Assembly (NCBI GenBank): GCA_977017645.1
Contig: OZ360227.1
Span: 34,224,001-34,288,000 of the forward strand
Length of the DNA stretch: 64,000 nucleotides
Origin: Torpedo marmorata
Lineage: Eukaryota
Direction: 5' to 3'
The notes beneath the pieces are model-generated. The model did not search any database. It was given only the letters and a program-made list of their open reading frames with translations, and had not been told where the DNA came from. Position 1 is the first letter of the stretch. The number at the start of each line of letters is the position of its first letter. Of this stretch, positions 1 to 10,619 are shown piece after piece. The position numbers and the translations under genes were made by a program.

Positions 1-345
1 TCACCCATCCACAACTGGCCTGTCTCTCCCCTCTCTGGGTCACCCATCCACAAATGGCCTCTGTCTCACCCCTCTCTGGGTCACCCAGTCCCAACTAGCC
101 ACTGTCTCACCCCTCTCTGGGTCACCCATCCCCAACTGGCCCTGGTCTCATCCCTCTCTGGGTCACCCATTCCCAATTGGCACCTGTCTCACCCCTCTCT
201 GGGTCACCCATCCACAATTGGCACCTGTCTCTCCCCTCTCTGGGTCACCCATCCACAAATGGCACCTGTCTCACCCCTCTCTGGGTCACCCATCCACAAT
301 TGGCACCTGTCTCACCCCTCTCTGGGTCACCCAGTCCCAACTGGT
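1..345. repeat. 41-bp minisatellite, about 8 copies (runs off the window start)
   Basis: Unit CACCCATCCACAATTGGCACCTGTCTCACCCCTCTCTGGGT is repeated. Near-identical ORF starts at 177, 218 and 259 confirm the 41-nt period. Confidence 0.93.
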
Positions 346-3047
346 CCCTTTTCTCACCCTTCCCACCCTCTCTTCCCTTTCCTTGCTATCTCCCCTCTCC
401 ACCATCAGAGGCCATCCACTCCTCCGTCTCACCCATCCCCTCCTAGCCCCACATATCACCCTTCCCTATACTGGCTATCTCCCCTCTCCATTAGAGTTGA
501 TTAAATGCTTTGACCTTGGATGCCAACAATTCCTCCGCACCCCCACCTCCACAGATGCTGCTTGACCCAATGAGTTTGTCCCACAAATTGTCTTTTGCTA
601 CATATTGGATGATTCTTGCACATTTAAACTGCCCTATTTTGATCTATCTGTGAAATATAACAATACGGTTCTTTCCTTAACTCTCCTTAGCAGAACATAA
701 ATCGCGCAAATATTGTCTGGGATGTGGAACGGGACAAAATAAACAGAGATGTAGCGTTATTTTATCCATATTTTATTTTTTGCTGTCTCTTTTCAGAAAT
801 GTTTGCTCATTCACAATATTTTTAAAAACTACTTTAATTTAGAAAAGGCCAGCAGTTATAGACTGCATAGCTTCTTCTGCAGAGAAAACATCCCAAGGGG
901 GACAATAGCAAATAGTTTTATTGTTTTTATTTTGAAATGCAGAAACATCATCCATCAACCACTGAAAGATGTAAAAAAGAAATTTTATTTCCTGAAGTAG
1001 TCGTGGCAGACCGACAGAGAGGAATCCTTGCCTTTAGAACACATAAATACGTCTTAGAACAAGACAGAACAGTCACTGCAAAACAGCCCAAAACCAGGTC
1101 AGGATCTACTCGGGCTGAGCCCCGCGTGCGATCCACATGCCAGTATGTTCGAAAGACCGAGGACCCTCTGGAGAGGCAGGACTCCCGGGAGACCATTCTA
1201 AGTGCACTTCCTGTGGCTCATGCACAGATTGCTGACCCGCGACTAACAACTAACAAGCAACATGTTCAGCAGGGTGATGAGGTAGAAATGATCCCCAAGA
1301 TGGGCCATCGCAAGGGACTGCCAGAAAACTAGCCTGCAAAGCAGAAGGAACATCTTCTCATGTTGAAGCACTTTTTAATTTCTTGACGTAGTCATGTTCT
1401 TTGATGTAATGTTTCTTGTTTGTTCCAAATAAATATCCCAAATTTAAGGGCAAATTTAATTTTAATCTTGATTGCAAAATAAATTTTAAAGTAAGATTCC
1501 AGATAGCTACCTTTAGATTTGACTGCTAAGCTCTGCACTGCTTGCCTGACAGATTAGTTCAACTATTAGCAGCCCAGTTTGTGTACTGATTATGTTCGCT
1601 CAATCACATACCCATCTACTTTAGTTACCTATTGGTTTGGTTGCTCAGAACAAAATGTATCTTTGCCAGGTAGACCCCATTCTCCTACCATATTTGGTGG
1701 AGGTAAACAAGGAAGTGCTTTTATGTGACGAAGGGCCCAGGCCAGAAACATTGATTTTCCTGTTCTTCCTATGGATGCTGTGTGACCTGCTGAGTTTGTA
1801 CAGCACGTTTGCATATTCCACAATGCAGGCGAATATTCTCCTCTTGTGAAGGTTGCACTATGCCGTCTCCTCCACACTTTTATCACCCTATACTTCCTAA
1901 TATTCCCCCTTTACATATTTATAAAATAGCATTATTCTTTGATTTTGCCTGCCATTATTTTGTCATGCACCACACTTTGCCTTCCTAATTTTCTCTTTAA
2001 TTTTGGTTGTGCACTTTTTATACTCTTGCAGTTTCTATTGAAGTCTTATGTCATAAGATTAGATTTTTTTGGCATTATGTGTCTGCATGCTCAACATCCA
2101 AGGAGGGTTTGTTTACAAATGCTCATATCCACCACCTTTTTAAATTGAAAGTATATTTGGTTTCAATTACAACTCCTTTAATTATCCCTGTGTTCTGACC
2201 GATTTAAAAGATGCACGAGAAGGCCGTGGGTTGCAGTAGAAAGGGGAACTGAATGAGTTCTCGTAGCTGTAAAAAAGCTGCACTGCGCTTGATAAATACC
2301 AACTCTCTCTGCAAAGACCAAAATACCATGAGGGCAGCTTCCTGCATTATCTCGCACAAATGTGCAGATGCCAAAGCGTGTCATGTCTGGGTTGGTAAGC
2401 ATTCCAGAATCAAGGGATGTGCTCCTCAGACAGTTCAAGTACAAATTTGGACTCTTTCTGCCCCTTTGTGGCCACAAAGGATTAAAGCATAATTCAGTGA
2501 TCGGCAGAGTTCTAGGCTAATTGTTATGCCTTTGCCAAATAACATGTTTCTAAGACCGCTATTGCTTTGCTGATGGAAGCAACTGGTAATGCACAAATTG
2601 TTTGCTGTATTCCAAATGCTGTGAAGCTTCTCAAGGTGTTGCTTTGGTTGAGATCTCTGGAAGATCCCAAGGTTATGAAAGACACCAACACAAGCCATGC
2701 AAACTTTGTAAATTGTGTGGAATTTACACTGGAACTCTGGATTATCACTCCAGACCAGCCATTCTCAACCTTTTTTTTGGCTATGGACCCCTTAGGACTC
2801 TGCTCAAAATTAATGGGCTCCCTTCCCTGTGAAGCAGTCAAGTTGGTTTCTTCCGTACTTCAGTCCTACTGACTACATAAAAACAAAAAATATTTTATGA
2901 TTTCAATCTGTGGCCCCCGTTGAGAATGGCTGCTCGAGGCAACCTCCTAATTAGAAGTCATACAAAGCAGAACAAACTATTTTTGTCAGTACCATCCAAA
3001 CCATAAATTGGTCTTAAAAACTGAATATAGTGAATAAAATAAGGTGG

Positions 3048-3303
3048 TGACGTACCTATCAATAACTGACACGAGTCTAGAAGTGCAGGAATTAACAGGC
3101 TACGTCAATTTTATTAGCAGAATCAAGCCAGGGCTAGCTATGACTTGACCTGATGATCCCTGCTGGATTGTCCCGGAACTGGGGGAGGAGTTGCTGGCTC
3201 AAGGCCTTTATTCCAGGTAAAAGGGGAGGGGTCACCGGGACAGACAGACAGGTCATGGTCATACCTGCCTCAGGTCACAATACATATAAAGTGGTTTACC
3301 ACA
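3048..3303 (-). mobile_element. Solo LTR (about 256 bp), probably Gypsy-type
   Basis: TG...CA termini (minus strand TGTGGTAAAC...GGTACGTCA). 5-bp TSD GGTGG at 3043-3047 and 3304-3308. AATAAA motifs on the minus strand. Confidence 0.72.
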
Positions 3304-3938
3304 GGTGGTGACCTTTACACTTACAGAACATTACAGCAGGTCCTTTGGCCCATGGTGTTGTGCCTTCTGGATAAATATACTCAATTCAAACCATTCTCTT
3401 TGTCCTGTTCTTTTTAGCATTCAGGTTCATGGAGAAAAATGGAGATGCTTCTCTTTCTCTCCCAGACTAAAAATGGGCTGTGTGGTCCTGTACTTGGACC
3501 ATTCACTGCCCGCCAGATCTGATAGGTATCCTGAGATCCCCCATCAATTTTCTGCAGCTCGATGGATATCACAAACTTAGTTTCATTTTTAGTTTCATAT
3601 GATTTTAAAATACTGTAAGTCAAATGCCTGGATTTGTCTTCAAGGTCATCCACCTATTTAAATGAATGGGATGGCCACTTCCACACATTCCCCTGAGATA
3701 AAGCTGCTCCACTGCAATAGCCATTCCACTGGTGAAACAGAGATATGTCAATATGTGGCCTCAGTCCAGTCTATATCAAACCTCTCTGCACGTGCATGAC
3801 GATAGGTGGATGTCTGAGACAGAGTAAGCTGCAAATGGCTGATAGCTGGGCTTAGAGGGAAGAAATAATTTTTAAGCTTTTTGCAACACAGATAAACATA
3901 TTATGTTTGTTCCTGATGCAGACCTCAATTACTCACAG

Positions 3939-4185
3939 CAGGGTCGGCGCCGGGGGGGGGGAGGCATTCGCGGGCGTTGCCCCCTCCCCCCCCAAGCAAG
4001 GTTGCTGTGCCCCCCCATTGCTTGCCGTCAGACCCGCCCCCGCCACTAGCGTGCGTCAAGCATCACTAGTGTCTAGCTTGACGCACGCTAGTGACTCTCC
4101 ACCCCCCCACCCCCCCCCCTGTCACTAGCATGTACGACTGTCGGACTATGCCCCCCTCCAACAACTCGTTCTGGCGCCGACCCTG
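3939..4185. mobile_element. Non-autonomous hAT DNA transposon (MITE)
   Basis: TIRs CAGGGTCGGCGCC / GGCGCCGACCCTG. Perfect 8-bp TSD ACTCACAG at 3931-3938 and 4186-4193. GC-rich island in AT-rich DNA. Confidence 0.9.
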
Positions 4186-5159
4186 ACTCACAGCAACACA
4201 CAGGTTTAGAAACATGCCGCAGGTTATTTTTTATTGTTTTTATACAAGAAATTATACATTGTGCTTGCAGTAATACATTTGTGCAAAAAAGTGATTTATA
4301 GAAAAGTTCAATAATTGAACTATAGGTGTTGATCTTTCCGAAAAGGATGCCTGTGATACCACAGCAAAATGTTCAAGATTTTCTTGTGCAGAATAACATC
4401 GTCTTTCTCTCAGCTTGGCAGTTTTGAAATAAACTCTGAAATTCTACGAAAATACTTTCAAAGGGGTAGGACGTGGCCTCCAAAAATGTTGATCATTTCA
4501 GTTATTAGGTATTCATTATTCAGCATCAATACTGATTACAACAGATGTGTAGGATTTCTCCCCTTATCTAGACCTTTCATGATTGCAGATAATTTAAGTA
4601 TTCGTATCATTGTGAAGATTTTCTGGCAGGCAGAATAGTCTGAGGTGAGAGAATTGTCTTGCACCATGAATCATTTACAACAGCAACAACTGCCATTTGG
4701 ATAGCACTGGATAACATAGCAAAATATCTCAAGGTGCTTTATTGGCCTATTATTGAAATAAAACCAATTCAGAGTGACACGAGATACGTAAGACAAATGG
4801 CTTGATCAAGGAGGAGCATCTTAAAGCTAGCAAGAGGTCGTGGGGTTTGTGGCAGGAATTCCACCCCAGGCCAGTGAGGGTGACCAAGAAGCTACTGTAC
4901 AGCAGCACATATCACTGAGATTTATCGAGCTGGAAAAGATCAGAGCGAGAGTGTGTCAAGATCAACTGAAGTGTTCCAGCTGCTTGGAAGGTTCAGACTT
5001 TCTTCTGAATATAAGTACTATTTTCTTGGAATTGCAATGTTAAATGTGAATTTAAGTACTTGGCATCAATTATATTCAACAGTAAAATGTAGAATTTATC
5101 CCATGTGGAAGAATGTATTGTTCAATTCATTATTCAGTTCCTCATGTGTAATTTTTTTT

Positions 5160-5372
5160 AAAGTTAGACATACTGCACGGCAATAGGCCCATCCGGCCCA
5201 TGAGCCCGTGCCGCCCAAATACCCCAATTAACCTACAACCCCAGTACGTTTTGGAGGGTGGGAGGAAACCGGAGCACCCAGAGGAAACCCACGCAGACAC
5301 GGGGAGAAGGTACAAACTCCTTACAGAAAGCCCCGGATTCGAACCCGGGTCGCTGGTGCGCTATCAGCGTTC
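5160..5372 (-). mobile_element. tRNA-derived SINE (HE1/V-SINE-like)
   Basis: Pol III B-box GTTCGAATCC on the minus strand near 5336-5345, V-SINE-like core (GGAAACCGGAGCACCCAGAGGAAACCCACGCAGACACGGGGAGAA on +) and a CR1-like tail. A related copy lies at 17125-17270. Confidence 0.8.
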
Positions 5373-5534
5373 AGTCATCTGATATTTGTGCAATGGAAGC
5401 CAATCATTAAATAATTTGAAATCTCAGTACCAGAAATGATCATTACAATGGTGTTAAATTTTGACCTACCTTAAACATTTTCAGTGTTTCCTTATAAGAT
5501 TTTGACAACCGTACTCTATCTAACAGTAAAAACC

Positions 5535-6180
5535 AAACTGCTGGAGGAACTCAATGAATCAGGATGAACCTGCAGAGACAGAGATGGTCGATCTTTCGGA
5601 CTGTGACCCTGCACCAGTACTGAGTGTGGAGGGTAGTTGGCCAGAATACAGAGGTGAGAGGTTGGGATGAAGCAGGTGATGGGTAAAACCAGGTGAGGAG
5701 GAAGACTCCCATGGGGACACCTCTCCCATTTTGACAACTTCTGCCCTGTTGTCAGCATTCTCAACTGTCAAGGTGAGGATAAATGCAAACTAAAGTATCA
5801 CCACCTCGGATTTTGCCTGGGTAGCAGTCAAGACAATGGAATCAACACCGAGTTTTCCCAATTTCAGGTAACGCACACTGTGTTTCTTTTTCCCTCCTTC
5901 CACTCCCCCCACCACCCACCCCCCACCGTCACCTTGTTTAATTCCTCTCCCAGTTTTATCTGGCCATCATCTCTCTCCAGACCTAGTTCTACCTATTGCC
6001 TGCCAGCCCCCTCACCTCTTTTATACTGGCTATCTCTCCCCTCTTCCTCCTCAGCCCTGTCGCAGGTTTTCAATCGTCTATACCCGTGTCTCCGCAGATG
6101 CTGCCTGCCCTGCTGAATTCCTCCAGCAGTTTTCTACTTTTGCTTGAAATTACAGCCTCTGCAATCTCCTGTCTCCAGAC
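5535..6180. repeat. Degenerate Penelope-derived non-autonomous repeat with inverted halves
   Basis: CTGCTGGAGGAACTC at about 5538 and its complement GAATTCCTCCAGCAG at about 6115. The same motif family recurs at about 550, 1780, 6690-6835, 22680-22800, 23815, 49620-49710 and 60820. It resembles the 3' end of the Penelope copy at about 10540. Confidence 0.55.
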
Positions 6181-8073
6181 TACTCTACCCACCAACCTGG
6201 CTGCTACTCTAGATTCTGGAATGAGGAATTGGTTATATATAATGTGGTTATGCTTCAAAGGCAATTCAAGGACCAAGTACGGTAATTTATCATACATCTG
6301 TTTAATTTGATAGACGCATTATTGTTTTAGGAATTGTTTATCAATGAGGTGAACTGACCTTTGCTGAGGCAAGACCAAAGCATCATCTTCCTCATTTCAA
6401 GATGTTTGGATTTTTAATTGTCATAAACAGTGGCTCTTACTTCCTTTAGGTGTCTTTCTGCTGGCTGGAAGTCATGCAAAGGTATGTACATTGTGTGTGT
6501 CCCATGTTTTTTGAAAGTGTGACAAATCATTTATCTTCCAGCACAGATGGTGATTTTTACCAATAATATGCTGGTTGGAAGTAATGCCAGGGAGAAAGTC
6601 CAAACAAGGTATCGGCTCTCAGGCACTCTCTCTCATTAGCTGAAATAGCAATGACAAGAAGCATAGCCAGAGACACAAAAGGCTGGGATCAGAAGCATCA
6701 GTGGGTCAGGCAGCATCTGTGGAGCTAGAGGAATGGGCGACATATCATGTCCTGATTCAGGGTCTCGACCCAAAGTGTCTACCATTCTTTTCCCTCCACG
6801 GACGCTGCCTGTCCTGCTGAGTTCCTCCAGCAGTTTTTTTTTGCGTAAGCTTGGAATGAGATGGAGTCGGGGCCACTTTAACAATGTTTGTGAAGAAGAT
6901 AAATGAATTGGTTGGTTTTGGTTAAGATACAAAATACATGTTCCATTGTGAATTCTGACCTTTTGCAGAAGGGAACAACTTCAGAGCTGGATTGCACTGG
7001 AAACTCACAGCGAGGTGGAATAATGAGAGTAGGTCATAGGTACCTCGTGTTTTTTGCAGGATCTATATTTGCTTATTTTGGGGTTCAGTAAAGTGTCTAA
7101 ATTTTGGCTCATTAATGGTATTGTAACAAACTTTAAAAGCACATAAATCTACTCCTCTGCATCTGTGCAATCACAATCCTGTCCCCTTTGCTCAGAATAA
7201 AGGCCTGGATGCTGAGTGAGCAGATTAGAAAAGATACAATTTTGATCACATCACCTAGCATTACCAAAACCATCTCTCATCACAATAGTCGGCACACCCT
7301 ATGATGGTTGCAAGAAGATATTTTTTAAATTAAGGCAAAAGAAAATCTTTGGTAAAGGTGCAACTTTCATTAAATTCATTCTCTCCTCTCCATCCACCCA
7401 CTTTAGAGGTATTGGAACCAGGATGATGAATACCAGTTCAGCTCTGTGACAAAACCATGCTGTTCATACACCCTCAATCATATCTTTGAATGACATCAAT
7501 AAACCAAGTCTCATATCAGATACCAGTTAAGGGAATAGGTAACATTTAGTGTAACATAATATTTAGTTTAAATGCCATTAAACAAAATGGAAATAAATAA
7601 TACCTGTACTGATTTTTGGGAGTCTGTTGACACAAGAGCTCATAATTTTCAATGGAAAATAGCTCAAAGCTCTTCAACAAGCAGAACTAAATGGAATTAA
7701 TTTGAAAATATCTTTTTGTTCAAGTTTTGACATCACTGGGAAAATCTGACAGCTTCCAGCAAACTTTAAAAATTAAACAAATTTCCATACACAGCAGACT
7801 GAATATTCCATTAGAAAAATGTGCAATATATATTATTTACAAAAGGTGAACTAAATTGAATGACCATTAAGTGTATTGAGGCACCAGGTGGCAGGTTCAA
7901 TTATATATACATTTACATGATCTATAACAGTGCATATCATTTGCATTGCTTTTATTTTTAACCAAAAAAATTGCAAATACGGTAGTTGTGCTCCTTTGAC
8001 AGCTGCATAAAAAAATTATAGTAACAGGACTATAGAGGCACATGTGCAAAATCCATTATATAATTTTTAAATA

Positions 8074-8536
8074 CAGTACAACTCCAATGATCTGAAATCG
8101 GATTATCCAAAATCCTCACTTATCCGAAATTTCTTTGGACCCGGAAGTGACGTCTGTTCGGCTCCAAAAATTTTTTCGGATAATTGAGGATTTCAGAAAA
8201 ATCTGAAATCCTAATTTATCCGAAAAATTTCGAAGCCGAAATGACGTCATTTCGCCTCCGAAAAATTTCGGATAAATGAGCATATCCAAAACAATCAGAA
8301 ATCCTCACTTATCTGAAATTTTTTCGGAGCCTAACTGACGACACAGGTTGAAAAAAGTTTGGAATTTTGGAAAAACCTCTGAGTAGAATTTCGAGTTTTT
8401 GGTGTTGGATTTATCTTATTTTGTTCAGGTTGTTTTTTGGTGAGAATTAAACATTATCTTATGCTTAAAAAGCCTTCCCTTGTTGTTTGTTGTTGTTTAA
8501 ACACTGTTACCATTTCGGATAATCGGAGTTGTACTG
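8074..8536. mobile_element. Tc1/mariner (pogo/Tigger-like) MITE
   Basis: About 25-bp imperfect TIRs CAGTACAACTCCAATGATCTGAAAT / ATTTCGGATAATCGGAGTTGTACTG, flanked by TA on both sides. Multiple internal TTATCCGAAA-like repeats in both orientations. Confidence 0.85.
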
Positions 8537-9546
8537 TATCTTGATTGATCTAGCTAATTCAACCCAAGCACATGGAATTTGTTCTCAGGTTAACACTTCT
8601 AACTCTGGTAATATTGTAATGAATCGGCAGTGCACCCATTCCAAGATGTAATGAGGGCCAGAGCTCAAAAGTGAACTCTCTTCAAACTGGTCACAGAACA
8701 GTGTACATTTGAACCTCACTTTTGCACTCCAGCCCCTTGATAAAGGCAAATATTGTGATGGTATAATATATTTATGTTTGATACATGTGGATTGCTAAAT
8801 TCCTTTCCTGCTAAAGATCTCCAAATCTAACTTCTTAAGAAAATGCTCCTTTTAGTTGTCTCCTTCTCAGATTCAATGTGGATGATCATAGAGTTCTGTC
8901 CCCTATAATCAAAAGCCATATTTTTGTTGAGTTTCCATCAACAGAGTTTGTGTCCCCTATTACTTTTCACGTCACATTATAGAAGTGGATTGGGCAAACG
9001 TTATGGTACAAAGGAAAATATGCAGATGTTGGAAAACTAAAATCACAGAGTGCGAGAAATACTTAACAGGTAAGGAAGGCAACAACTGTGGAGTCAAACG
9101 GAGGTGAAACCTAAGATCCTCAGAACTAATTATTAGTGATAGTCACCATCAAAGAATGAGCCTGGGGCTATGCTGCAGTAACCTAGAAAATCAAACCAAA
9201 TATGCTGTTTGTGGAGATCTGGAAAATACCCCACTTATTCAGACTGGGTTAAGAAGGACCACCAAAATACAGTTCTAGAATCAGTTGAAATACACAAGAC
9301 ACCAAGTTAAGGGAATAGGTAACATTTAGTGTCAAGATTGTGTGCCTGGATGTTTAGTGTTTGGATCTGATTGAACAAAGTAGAAATTACACCCAAACCT
9401 TGATCTTTTGGGAGACTGACAAGATGGGAGTTTCATAATGTCACATCGAAAGGAGCTAAATATTTTCATTACAATGGTTCCCAGCTGCTTCCCGATACAA
9501 TGAATCAAGCACATCTTGAGGTACCTTGTTTCTCTCTATTCACATT

Positions 9547-10610
9547 TCTGTCTGGGGGTGAGATGGGTGGGGAGGGATGAGTGCACAAGGGAATCACGGA
9601 GGGAGCGGACCCTACGGAAGGCCGAGAGGGGAGAAGGAAAAATGTGTCTGGTGGTGGGATCCTGTAGTAAGTGCCGGAAATTCCGGCGGATAATGTGTTG
9701 GATGCGGATGCTGGTGGGGTGGTAGGTGAGGATGAGGGGGATTCTATGTTTGTTGTGCCTGGGGGCAGAGGGGGCCAGGGCAGATGAGCGGGAAATGGAG
9801 GAGATGCGGGTGAGGGCTAAATTGATGGTGGTGGAGGGGAAGCCACGTACGCACCCCCGGCACCTTCCCCTGTGCCCGCAGGAGGTGCAACACCTGAGCC
9901 CACACCTCCCCCCTCACCACGGTCCGTGGCCCCAAACAGGCCTTTCAAGTGAAACTACACTTCACTTGTACATCCAGAGAACTTATTTACTGCATCCGGT
10001 GCTCCCTTTGTGGCTTTCTCTACATCGGAGAGACCGGTCGTAGATTGGGAGATCGCTTTGCTGAGCACCTCCTCTCCGTCCGCAACAACAGCGACCTCCC
10101 AGTAGCCAACCATTTCAATTCCAAGTCACACTCCCACACTCACATGTCTGTCCATGGCCTTATGTACTATCCCACCCAGACTACCCGCAAATTGGAGGAA
10201 CAACATCTCATTTTCCGTCTGGGCACTCTCCAGCCAGATGGCATTAACATTGACTTTTCTGCTTTCCACTAAACCTGCTTGTCGTTCCCTTCCCCTCCCC
10301 CCTCACCTGTCCTTCCTGTTTTTTTCCACCCACCCAGCCATCCCTCCTCCCCCTCTTTGCTGCTGTCCCCTCCCTCCTTTCTCCACCTATCATCTCCTGC
10401 CTTTGCCACTCCCCCCCCCCTTCCCCCCTCACTTTTGTTCGGACGCCTGCCGGCATTTTCTCACACTTTGATGAAGGGCTCAAGCCCGAAACGTCAGTTA
10501 TGTATTTCTACCTTTGCTACATAAAAGACACTGTTTGATCTGCTGAGTTTCTCCAGCATGTGTGTTTTTTACTTCAACCACGGTGTCTACAGATTTTCGT
10601 GTTTTACTTT
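9547..10610 (+). mobile_element. Penelope-like retroelement fragment (GIY-YIG endonuclease) with an inverted 5' portion
   Basis: ORF 9949-10272 reads LIYCIRCSLCGFLYIGETGRRLGDRFAEH...HFN...EQHLIFRLGTLQPDGIN, a Penelope GIY-YIG domain. The segment at about 9550-9850 encodes the upstream linker (RIPLILTYHPTSIRIQHII) on the opposite strand. Confidence 0.85.
10468..10495 (+). ncRNA. Candidate minimal hammerhead ribozyme core in the Penelope 3' region
   Basis: TTGATGA-A-GGGC-TCAA-GCCC-GAAA-C-GTC matches the (C/U)UGANGA / stem II / GAAA / NUH layout. Penelope-like elements are known to carry minimal hammerheads. Confidence 0.55.
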
Positions 10611-10619
10611 TTTTACTCT

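Noticed and set aside
1-345. CRISPR-like array or coding repeats (ORFs MAPVSPLSGSP...)
   Set aside because: The units are contiguous with no unique spacers, there are no cas genes and the context is eukaryotic. The ORFs are artefacts of the 41-bp repeat.
2178-2872. Cluster of overlapping 76-105 aa ORFs
   Set aside because: No recognisable domain and no consistent splice or phase structure.
5300-5372. tRNA gene (B-box GTTCGAATCC)
   Set aside because: It is the head of a SINE with a core and LINE tail, and no complete cloverleaf can be formed.
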